Both the position numbers and the translations under genes were made by a program. A stretch of DNA of 62,801 bases, counting the filler. It is 8 parts of 8 records of this genome, joined end to end, with 100 filler letters (N's around TTAATTAATTAA, not from the genome) between each part and the next. Parts side by side here need not be neighbours in the genome. Positions count along the whole stretch, not along the records: positions 47,836 to 54,577 come from SRR31147125_86139; positions 54,678 to 62,801 come from SRR31147125_86226; 6 more parts are not named here. One strand, written 5' to 3'. Below the pieces are notes generated by a model. It ran no database searches. It was not told where the DNA came from and saw only the letters and a list, made by a program, of their open reading frames with translations. Positions 53,601 through 62,801 of the stretch are shown here, one piece after another. Each line of letters opens with the position of its first letter. Positions within the stretch are counted from its first letter, which is position 1.

Positions 53601-54577
53601 CTTATCCTCCCCCTTCCAGCGATCGCAAGCTGTGGACTCGATCAATGACTCCAGAGGTATGTTCCCGTTGTTGTGAAGTAGTAATAGGATCTAAACGCAT
53701 TCTTCATACCCTAGGCGGAGGCAGGGCACGAGGAGGAGGAACTAGTGCAATTCGGGACTCCCTCATCACATGGAGAGGGCGAATGGAAGTTGGTTGCCCA
53801 GGAGTTGTTGTCCCACCCCTTCTTATCGAACATTGTAGGGCGACATCCGTAGAACGGAGATTCGGCACACAGCGAGGTGAGAGTCATCATGAACTTATCG
53901 TTGGCCTGCCACGAGGTGGTGAGGGTGTCTCTGAGACCGCGGAGGCCTCTGAGACCAGCATTGAGATCCCATCGGTATCCGTGGATGTACCTGAGCGTTC
54001 GGTGCTGGAGCAGCCCAAACCCGGACGCGTTGTGTCTCCCAGCCAGCCAAGCACAAAGGACGATGCTGGAGAGAGCAGTTCCTCGGAAGGGGAGAGTGAG
54101 AGGTGTGTTTGTAGAGGGTCCGATCTCCCGCAGCCGTTTGAAGCCCTTCCACCAGTTCGAGTGGTTCAGACTTTGACGAAAACCTAGAGCAATCAGACTT
54201 GCAGAAGGCAACCGTCGTTGTAGAGGTGCGTATGCCTTGTGTTCCTGCACTGGGGAGGAGCGTGTGTGATTGTGACCAAGGTGGATGACGAGACGGACGA
54301 AGAGATCATGTCCCTTCTAATCGAGCCTTCTCCTCCTGAGGGTGTTGCCTTGCTTAACACAGAGGTCCGCGCAGTTGTCTTCCCTTTCCCCTTTTCTCTG
54401 ACTCTTGTTCCTCTCCAGACCATCCCTGGGATCTGCAGCGATCGTTTGTCCACCTTACAGCTTCTGACGGCAATCTCACGAACACGGTGGAGTACCATGC
54501 CACGGCGCCTCAACCAACACCTAGCCAAGGCGTTCCACGACCTCTACCGTCACGTCACCTTTAAGGTACCCTTTTGC
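50690..54577 (+). CDS. Eukaryotic C2-domain-containing protein 5 (C2CD5/CDP138)-like, multi-exon, 3' end off contig
   Basis: MPGTIKIRVVEARDLPVMDRSSELTDAYVE...KTLNPVWN...GWFPIFDTIRG...GFVEELVV.QDPEY...LGCNAVLGY...WWTELREEIRAHA...PFLEYDVHRQL. Confidence 0.85.
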
Positions 54578-54677
54578 NNNNNNNNNNNNNNNNNNNNNNN
54601 NNNNNNNNNNNNNNNNNNNNNTTAATTAATTAANNNNNNNNNNNNNNNNNNNNNNNNNNNNNNNNNNNNNNNNNNNN
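54578..54677. other. Artificial contig linker
   Basis: N44-TTAATTAATTAA-N44. Confidence 0.98.
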
Positions 54678-55411
54678 AAAAAGTTATGGCAGCAGCAAAG
54701 ATACTGGAACTATGTGATCAGTTGAACAAAACGCCAAAGCATCTTTCAGGCGGACAAAGACAGCGTGTTGCAGTAGGGCGGGCTATTGTAAGAGATCCTA
54801 AAGTGTTTTTGTTTGATGAACCTTTATCTAACTTGGATGCAAAGCTTAGAGATACAATGCGTCGTGAACTTAAAATATTACACAATACACTTAAATCGAC
54901 GATTGTATATGTTACACATGACCAAATAGAAGCTTTGACACTTGCTGATCGAATTGTTGTTATGAATGATGGTGATATTCAGCAAATAGGAAAACCAATT
55001 GAACTTTATGATTCACCTGCAAATTTATTTGTGGCTAGTTTTATTGGTTTACCAGCAATGAATCTTTTAAAAGTTCGTGTTTTAGATGACTTATCCGTTA
55101 AAAATGGTGAGATAGTTGTTGAAGTCAGCGAGAATCAAAAAAAAATATTGAAAAGATACAAAGGCGAAATTGTGCATATGGGTATTAGACCTGAAAATAT
55201 TCATCTTGGAGATGAAATGAAGTTGAGAGTGCGCACTAATGAAAACCTTGGTCAACATACATTGATTAACGGTAATATTGGAAAAAAGCGTATAACGTGT
55301 AAGTTAAAAGGTTGGTATAATTACGCTATGGGTGATATGATTGGTGTAAAAGTCGATAGAAATGAACTGCACTTTTTTGATAGTAAAACCGGTATAGCGA
55401 TAAAGGAATAA
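54678..55411 (+). CDS. Sugar ABC transporter ATP-binding subunit (MsmK/UgpC-like), 5' partial
   Basis: LSGGQRQR, FDEPLSNLDAKLR, VTHDQ, GIRPE. Confidence 0.92.
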
Positions 55412-55413
55412 TA

Positions 55414-55970
55414 ATGATGAAAGAATTTTTTTGTAAACAGATTGTAAGCCTAAAGAGAGCTCCGCAGCGTATACCTTTATTTGTATTGATTATTTGCTGT
55501 ATCATCTATACATTTAGCTTAACAGAGCATTCAAATGCATCGATGTATGTGAATTCAAATATAATCGCTTTATATGTATTTATTATCACACTGACTTCTA
55601 TGCTGACGATTTTTACATATATAAATGCATATCCGAAAGGCAAAAAGAAAACAATGATGGTTGTTTTGGCGGTTATTTTAATTTTAGTTCAGCTAGTGTT
55701 AGAAGCGATATACTTGAAGATTATGTTTTTGAAACTTTGTATCGTGCAAACCCGGTTCCAATAACAAAAGATATTGCAGCTTCTATGAATATGACGATGG
55801 TGCATGCTGGCTCATTGTTGGTTGCTTTGTTGTTTATATTCTTAAAACCTGTATTTCATAATATCATAGTAAAGATAGATACATCAATTCTAGATAAAGA
55901 AGAATCGAATATTGAAGATGACAGCTCAATTTTTGATGAATTTCCTGATGAAGATGAGTTGGATTTTTAA
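55414..55970 (+). CDS. Hypothetical membrane protein (frameshift near 55730)
   Basis: Two overlapping hydrophobic ORFs in the operon. Confidence 0.65.
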
Positions 55971-55982
55971 TCGGATAAATTT

Positions 55983-56495
55983 ATGGACAAAAATCAAGTA
56001 ATTGTGAAAAAAAGAAAAAGAATGCCTGCGTGGTTAACAAGCATATTAATTAAAGCTTGGTTTGCAGGTGCTGTATATTTTTTTATTGGATGGGGTTTGT
56101 TTATCAATAGTATTGATCAGCTTGATGTTACCATTGTTCTAGGTATTGTGCTTGGATTAGTGTACGATTTGGCTGTAAATAGAATCTTTTTGAGTATGGA
56201 AAGAGGCGATAAACGATATCATGGTTTTATGATGTTCCCCAAAAGAGCATTTTATATACTTTTTATAAATATATTATATGGAATACTAATCGTTTTTGCT
56301 GTAGCATATACCTATCATGTTATTAATATTATAGCAATAAGAGCATACGTACTTAGCGAAACTACCGTTTCTTTAGGTGTTGAACCGATTCTATTTGGTC
56401 TGTTTTGTATGGGCTATGATATGTTGTTTTTACAAATCAAAAAAATAATCTCACACATTTTTAATAAAAAAAGGAAGCCAATCAATGAAAATTAA
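55983..56495 (+). CDS. Hypothetical membrane protein
   Basis: 170 aa, about 4 TM segments, coupled to the GH28 gene. Confidence 0.7.
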   Translation: MDKNQVIVKKRKRMPAWLTSILIKAWFAGAVYFFIGWGLFINSIDQLDVTIVLGIVLGLVYDLAVNRIFLSMERGDKRYHGFMMFPKRAFYILFINILYGILIVFAVAYTYHVINIIAIRAYVLSETTVSLGVEPILFGLFCMGYDMLFLQIKKIISHIFNKKRKPINEN

Positions 56496-58043
56496 AAAAA
56501 TCTTCGTTTCATCATGTTCTGCTTTTTTTGAACTGGATAATGATGAATGTTATTATGCACCATCTGAATATAATATATATTTAGATGGTAAAATGCTTGA
56601 CGATAAGCATAAAAAGAATACATTTTCTCTTTTTAATTTGTCTCCTAGTACTGTGTATCGTGTATCTACATCATTGGGTAGTGAAGAAATTAGGTTTGTT
56701 ACGGAACAAGAGAGCTGTGCTATCAATGTTTGCGATTTTGGTGCAAAGGGTGATGGGGTAACCGATGACACAAATGCTATACAAATGGCAATATTAACTT
56801 GTCCAGAAAATGGTCGTGTTTATATTCCAAAAGGGATTTATTTAATTAAACCAATCGTATTAAAAAGCCATATTACATTAGAAATCACGGATGATGCATT
56901 GTTAATTGGAAGTAAAAAGGAAAGTGATTACAATATTTTACCAGGTCTTGTGCCAAGTGGTAGCTGTGAAAATTGTGTGGAATGTGTAAGTTGGGAAGGC
57001 TGTCCCGTTCAATCACATCAATCACTTTTATCAGCATATCATGTGCAGAATGTCAATATTGTTGGCAAAGGTAAGTTAGATGGTAATGCGCAAAATTCAA
57101 CATGGTGGATTAACCCAAAAGAAAGAAAGGTTGCAAGACCAAGAATTTTGTTCACAAATAATTGCAGCAATATTAATATGCACGGTACTAAAGTTATGAA
57201 CTCAGCATCATGGAACTTACACCCTTATAAATCTAAGAAAGTTGGGTTTTATGATATCAAGGTTTCAGCACCAAAGGACTCACCAAATACGGATGGCTGT
57301 AACCCTGAGTCTTGTGATGAAGTTGAGATTATTGGTTCGCGTTTTTCAGTCGGAGATGATGCGATTGCAATAAAATCCGGCAAAATGTATGATGGAAAGA
57401 GAGAAAATATTCCAGCAACACGCCATACGATTCGTAACTGCTTAATGGAGTATGCACACGGTGCAGTTGTTCTTGGAAGCGAGATGAGCGGTGGAATTAA
57501 ACAGCTGGATGTTTCTTCATGTTTGTTTAAAAATACTGATCGTGGTTTGCGAATTAAAACTAGAAGAGGTAGAGGAAAAGACGCAGTTGTTGACGGTGTT
57601 ATCTTTAAACGCATTAAGATGGAAGGTGTGTTGACACCTTTGGTAATAAATATGTTCTACTTTTGTGATGCTGATGGAAAAACGGATTATGTTCAAAATA
57701 AGCAAGAATTAAAATTGATGAACGCACCCCGTATTTGGGAAGCTTTAGATTTGAAGACATGGTGTGTGAGAATTGCGCCTGTTCAGCAGGTTTTTTTTAT
57801 GGATTACCTGAACAGCCGATTGAAGAAGTTGTTATCTCGGGTGTTTTATTCACATATAAAGAAGATGCAACAGAAAGTATGCCTGCAATGATGTCTGATA
57901 TAGATAATTGTTGCAAACAAGGACTTTACTTTAATCATGTAAATAGTGTTATATTGGATCGAGTAGAAATTGTTGCCAACAACGGTGAGAAAATACAACT
58001 TAATAACGTTGTTAGTTATAAGGAGAATAGGGATGAAAATTGA
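56485..58043 (+). CDS. GH28 polygalacturonase with an N-terminal Fn3-like domain (frameshift near 57710)
   Basis: FGAKGDG, PNTDG, GDDAIAIKSG, HG, RIKT. Confidence 0.92.
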
Positions 58044-59163
58044 TATTATAGATCGTTATGTAGATCGACTATTGACTGAATCGTCACCAGAATGCCCTTT
58101 GTGGAACATTGAAAGATGCAGGAACGGTGAAAAATCAAAATGGAATTATATTGATGGTTGTATGATGATGGCACTAATTCGCTTATATAATACAAAAGGG
58201 GACAAGCGGTATATCAGATTTGTACATGACTATTTGGAAAAACATGTTGAAGAAAACGGCGACCTTTTGGGTTATCAACTTGAAACCTATAATCTTGATA
58301 ATATATTTAGCGGAAATTCTTTAATTGATGTATATGGCTTATATGAAGAAAAAAAATATAAAAAAGCAATGGAGCTACTTAATAAGCAATTAAAAGATCA
58401 CCCAAGGACAAGTACAAAAAACTATTGGCATAAACTAATTTATCCAAACCAAATTTGGTTGGATGGATTGTATATGGCACAGGTATACCGTGCGCGTTAT
58501 GGGAAAATGTTTGGTGATAAAAGTGTATATAATGATATTTATATGCAGTTTAAAAATGTTCGAAAGTATATGTTTGATGAACATAAAAGGCTATATGTTC
58601 ATGGATATGATGATAGTAAAGAAGTTTTTTGGGCAAGAGAAAACGGTCAGTCTAGCAATATCTGGTTGCGAGCAATGGGATGGTATGCTGCTGCGATTGT
58701 TGATGTTTTAGAAGCGTATCCAAAAGAGCGTAAAAGTGAAGTGCTTTGGTTTGAAGAACTTTTATGTGAATTATTGGAAGGTATTTATCCGTATTTGGAC
58801 GGTGAGTCTGGTATGTTTTTACAAGTAATTGATTATCCAGCTGAGAATGGAAACTACCCAGAAACCAGTGGTAGTTCGTTGGTAGCATATGCGATGATGA
58901 AAGCTGCTCGTATGGGGTATGTTGATATTAAATGGTCAAAAAGAGGTGAATGCATTTTTAACAGCATTTGTGATCTGTATTTGAAAGATTTTGACGGTGA
59001 TTTAAGTTTAGATGGGATATGCTTAGTGGCTGGATTGGGACCTGCTGATAACAAGCGAAGAGATGGATCTTATGAATACTATATATCAGAACCGATTGTT
59101 AAAAATGAAGCAAAAGGTATAGCACCATTTTTATATTGCTATTCAGAAATTTTATACAAGTAA
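58033..59163 (+). CDS. GH105 unsaturated rhamnogalacturonyl hydrolase
   Basis: WNYIDG, NLDN, WHK..YPNQIWLDGLYM, WLRAMGW, ETSGS, VAGLG. Confidence 0.92.
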   Translation: MKIDIIDRYVDRLLTESSPECPLWNIERCRNGEKSKWNYIDGCMMMALIRLYNTKGDKRYIRFVHDYLEKHVEENGDLLGYQLETYNLDNIFSGNSLIDVYGLYEEKKYKKAMELLNKQLKDHPRTSTKNYWHKLIYPNQIWLDGLYMAQVYRARYGKMFGDKSVYNDIYMQFKNVRKYMFDEHKRLYVHGYDDSKEVFWARENGQSSNIWLRAMGWYAAAIVDVLEAYPKERKSEVLWFEELLCELLEGIYPYLDGESGMFLQVIDYPAENGNYPETSGSSLVAYAMMKAARMGYVDIKWSKRGECIFNSICDLYLKDFDGDLSLDGICLVAGLGPADNKRRDGSYEYYISEPIVKNEAKGIAPFLYCYSEILYK

Positions 59164-59181
59164 AAAGTAAGTGGGTGAAGA

Positions 59182-60126
59182 ATGGATTTATTTTTGTCAT
59201 CATCAAAAGCAGTTTTTACTTTGTTTGTTATTTTATTGATGGGAATTATTGCAAAAAAGCTTTCTATTATCAAAGATGGAGAACAAAAAGGTATTAACAG
59301 GCTTTTTTCTAAAGTTGTTATGCCTTGTTTTATTTTTACAAAAGTATATAGTGGTGACCTTAAAAATGGATTTAGATTAGATGTGACAATATACATCCTT
59401 TCTGTTGCTATAATAATATTCACAGTTCTTTTAGCTATTATATCCAAATTAGTTAAGGATAAAAAAAGGCAAACTGCTATACTTTTGTGTACATGTAGAG
59501 CAAACACAGCGATTTATGGTTTCCCGTTAGCTGCAGCTTTAGTGGGTGAGGTGCTGGCATATGATGTTATAATTATGTTGTCGCCATTTGTACTTTTGCA
59601 AAATGCTTTTGCATCTATGGTTTTGGAACGACAAGCGGGACAAGAAAACGTAAATTCCTTAAAGATAATTGGAAAGGCGTTTAAAAATCCATTGATTATT
59701 GCAACACTGTTTGGGCTTGCTTTTCAACTTCTGTCCATTAAAATACCGGATATTGTATTTTCACCGCTTGAATCAGTTGGCTCTATTGCAATGCCATTAT
59801 CATTTTTGTTATTAGGCACAACTTTTGAAGTGGCTAAATCATATATCAATAGAAAAGCGATTATTTTAAGTGTTTTGACTAAATTAATCATTATACCGAT
59901 AATCGGTGTAGGTATTGGTTTGTTTTTATTTGATTTTAAAGGAATTGTTTTGGTTACTTTACTTTGTTGTTTTGCAACTCCGAGTTCAGTGAGCTCTTAT
60001 CCGTTAACTGCGGCTTATGGTGGTGATGGTGTTTTGGCTGGTGAGATTATCACTTATACAACGGTGATTTCATTGATAACTGTATTGCTTATGGTTTTCA
60101 CATTAAACATGATGAATGTTTTATAA
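59182..60126 (+). CDS. AEC family transporter
   Basis: N...GFPL, KNPLIIA, KLIIIP, multiple TM helices. Confidence 0.88.
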   Translation: MDLFLSSSKAVFTLFVILLMGIIAKKLSIIKDGEQKGINRLFSKVVMPCFIFTKVYSGDLKNGFRLDVTIYILSVAIIIFTVLLAIISKLVKDKKRQTAILLCTCRANTAIYGFPLAAALVGEVLAYDVIIMLSPFVLLQNAFASMVLERQAGQENVNSLKIIGKAFKNPLIIATLFGLAFQLLSIKIPDIVFSPLESVGSIAMPLSFLLLGTTFEVAKSYINRKAIILSVLTKLIIIPIIGVGIGLFLFDFKGIVLVTLLCCFATPSSVSSYPLTAAYGGDGVLAGEIITYTTVISLITVLLMVFTLNMMNVL

Positions 60127-60151
60127 AAATATATAATTTGAGGTTTTAACT

Positions 60152-61438
60152 ATGAAAAAGAAGAAATTTGTTCAAGTAGGCACTGGTGGTCGTGCAAGGA
60201 TGTTTTATGAATCGATTGCTACAACATATAGAGACACTTGCGAGCTTTTGGCGATTTGTGATGTAAGCAAGCAACGGATGGATTATACTAATAAGATATT
60301 GGCAGACGAATATGGATATAATAATTTACCGACATATCATTACACTGAGTTTGATAAAATGATTAAAGAACATAAACCCGACTATGTAATAGTAACATCT
60401 GTTGACCGTACGCATCACACATATATTATAAGAGCTATGGAGCTTGGATGTGATGTTATAACTGAAAAGCCGATTACGATTGATGAAAAAAAAGCACAAG
60501 ATATTATTGATAAAGCGAAAGAGACAGGAAGAAAGATAAAAGTTGCATTTAACTATAGATATGCACCTTATAATACCAAAATTAGAGAGATAATTGAAAA
60601 TGATGCAATTGGAGATGTATTTTCTGTTCACTTTGAATGGCTAATGAATACAGTACACGGTGCTGATTATTACCGCAGATGGCATAGGAACAAATCAAAC
60701 AGTGGAGGATTATTAGTCCATAAGTCAACACATCATTTTGATTTGGTTAATTTTTGGTTGGGAGTTAAGCCGAAAGAAGTTTTTGCATTTGGTGAAAGAA
60801 ACTTTTATGGCATAGAAAATGCAGAAAAACGTGGTGTGAAAGATTTTTATTTTCGTTGTCATGAAAGTGAAGCGGCAAAGAATGACCCGTTTGCAATAGA
60901 TATGCAAAATAATGAGCAGTTAAAAGCGCTATACTTAGATGCAGAAGAAGATAGCGGATATATCCGGGATTTAAGTGTATTTGGTGATGGGATTAGCATA
61001 GAAGACACAATGGGGGTTCTTGTTAAATATGACAGCAACGCAATGCTAACTTATTCACTTAATTCCTATATGCCATGGGAAGGATTTAATGTAAGCATCA
61101 ACGGATCAAAAGGCAGAATAGAATATAAAGTAGTTGAGAATGTTTATATAAATGCAGGTGGTGAATCTGAATTGGAAGGTGCAGCTGAGTCTCATAACAT
61201 TTTTGTTCATCCGCTGATGGGTGATTCTTATGAAGTGGAAGTTATAACAGGAGAAGGCGGACACGGCGGTGGTGACCCTGTTATGCTAGAAGCTCTGTTC
61301 GGAAACCCTGACCCTGATCCCTTCAAAAGAGAGGCAGACCATATTCAAGGTGCTATGTCAATTTTAACTGGTGTGGCAGCAAATAAATCCATTGCCAGCG
61401 GCAGGGCAATAAAGATTGACGACTTAATACGGTTTTAA
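60152..61438 (+). CDS. Gfo/Idh/MocA oxidoreductase (YteT-like)
   Basis: VGTGGR, EKP, FNYRY, HGADYYRRWH, HKSTHHFD, GHGGGD. Confidence 0.9.
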   Translation: MKKKKFVQVGTGGRARMFYESIATTYRDTCELLAICDVSKQRMDYTNKILADEYGYNNLPTYHYTEFDKMIKEHKPDYVIVTSVDRTHHTYIIRAMELGCDVITEKPITIDEKKAQDIIDKAKETGRKIKVAFNYRYAPYNTKIREIIENDAIGDVFSVHFEWLMNTVHGADYYRRWHRNKSNSGGLLVHKSTHHFDLVNFWLGVKPKEVFAFGERNFYGIENAEKRGVKDFYFRCHESEAAKNDPFAIDMQNNEQLKALYLDAEEDSGYIRDLSVFGDGISIEDTMGVLVKYDSNAMLTYSLNSYMPWEGFNVSINGSKGRIEYKVVENVYINAGGESELEGAAESHNIFVHPLMGDSYEVEVITGEGGHGGGDPVMLEALFGNPDPDPFKREADHIQGAMSILTGVAANKSIASGRAIKIDDLIRF

Positions 61439-61446
61439 GGGATAAG

Positions 61447-62501
61447 ATGAATATGGACAGAAATGCAGTGCCATTATTTAGAAAAGGCGATAAAGAAAAA
61501 TCATGGGAAACAATTCGAAATAGAATCATCAATGAATTCAGTGAAAATGTGTATGGGCATTCACCTAAAGCACCGGAAATAGTAGAGGGACATATTTTAA
61601 AAACCGATGCTATCGCTTTTGCTGGAAAAGCCACGCATCAACGAGTTGATATCAAATTTGATACACCAGATGGAATATATAGTTTTCCTGTGGACTTTCT
61701 TGTTCCTAATATCGATAAAAGTGTGCCATTGATTATATTTCTTTCCTTTCATCATTACAAAGAATCATATGAAACACCTATTGAAGAAATAGTAGACAAT
61801 GGCTTTGCACTTGCAATAATCGATTATCAAACGATTACAAGTGATGATGATTCTAATACTGGACTTGCGAAGCTATACCCATTCAAAAAAAGAATAATGA
61901 TTGGGGGAAAATTGGAATATGGGCGTATGCGGTTAGTCGTGTTATGGATTATGCATTAACACTGCCGCAAATTGATGAACAGCATATATTATGTGCAGGT
62001 CATTCCAGATTAGGCAAAACTGTGCTATGGTGTGCAGTTTTAGATACACGTTTTTGGGGTGTATTTGCAAATAATTCGGGTTGTAGCGGTGTTGCTGTTT
62101 CAGTCGGAAAAAAAGGTGAAAGAATAAAAGACATTTATACCAAGTTTCCATATTGGTTTTGTAATAATTACGGAAAATATATGGATAACGAAGATAGTAT
62201 GACATTTGATCAACACCAACTTGTGGCATGCATGGCACCAAGACATTTATATACCTGTTCTGCTGAAGAAGATAGCTGGGCTGATCCAGAAAGTGAATAT
62301 TTATCCTGTTGCTTGGCTACGGAGGCATATAAGAAAATTGGGAAAACTGGATTAATCGGTGAAAATAGAAATCCATGTGTTGGGGATATTTACCATAAAG
62401 GTGAAATTGGATATCATATGCGAAAAGGTGAGCATTTTTTAAGTAGATATGATTGGGTTCAGTTAATGAAATATGCAAAAAAACATATGTATCATGATTA
62501 A
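61447..62501 (+). CDS. CE15 glucuronoyl-esterase-like alpha/beta hydrolase (frameshift near 61890)
   Basis: GHSRLGK nucleophile motif, SGCSG, GE, WF, DQHQL..APR, D.WADP..E, GEH. Confidence 0.85.
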
Positions 62502-62801
62502 AAAGTTAGATTACTGTTTGAAACTGAGAACTTAATTGTGTGATATCAATCTAATTAAATATAGGTTTAAACTACTGATAATCATAAAGATAGGCGAAAA
62601 TAATTAGTAAAAAAGTTTTATAAAATTATGTAAATTGTGGTGACATTGTATGTATATTTGATTTGCAATCATTATATGATTATTTGTTAAAATTGTTTAT
62701 ATAATTTGTGCTTTATCTAATAAATATAAAATGAAAGAGATGGGATATAATATGAAGAAATCAAAGCAATTGAGGAAAATGAATCTTGCGGCTCAACTTT
62801 T

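Noticed and set aside
9680-54677. Recurrent TTAATTAATTAA motif and ORFs that cross N runs
   Set aside because: Artificial six-frame-stop linkers; cross-contig gene neighbourhoods are not biological.
4852-62501. Widespread split genes as pseudogenes or programmed frameshifts
   Set aside because: Single-base shifts, several at homopolymers, occur across unrelated contigs and housekeeping-type genes, which is most consistent with sequencing error.

Overview
The window is a concatenation of eight unrelated contigs joined by artificial 100-nt linkers (N44-TTAATTAATTAA-N44), so gene context is only meaningful within a contig. Many genes carry single-base frameshifts, several at homopolymer runs, which points to sequencing error rather than decay. 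Contig 1 (1-9679, Desulfobacterales-like) carries a GTPase-centred ternary conflict system (FHA-GYF_2-Zn-GTPase plus a GAP1-N2-like gene missing from the ORF track), a TPR protein, a c-di-GMP-I riboswitch before a mini flagellar-rod-like gene, an AAA/PD-(D/E)XK gene and an ABC exporter. Contig 2 (9780-19268, AT-rich, Bacteroidota-plasmid-like) is the most unusual. It holds a Rep_3 initiator, an intact res site, a resolvase homologue that has lost its catalytic residues and overlaps a 398-aa probable divergent Rep, a 1.7-kb array of 21 co-oriented 17-bp iteron-like repeats with DnaA boxes and an AT-rich tract, a PemK/MazF-type TA pair, and parAB with a candidate parS palindrome. Contig 3 has an MMPL / LolA-like / outer-membrane module. 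Contig 4 has a sigma54-driven Nif11-like gene, FmdE, TonB-receptor and cbiK genes, and an SNF2 helicase with a YqhG-like partner. Contig 5 has an ATP-grasp ligase fused to a degenerate M20 domain, and a CBM9/DUF5916 protein. Contig 6 has the end of tyrA, a DsrC/TusE homologue lacking the terminal cysteines, zraSR-zraP and a methyltransferase. Contig 7 is compact, intron-dense eukaryotic DNA (mitochondrial carrier, nucleoredoxin, C2CD5-like) with GC-AG introns. Contig 8 is a pectin-utilisation operon. All family calls come from motif recognition by eye; no database searches were run.
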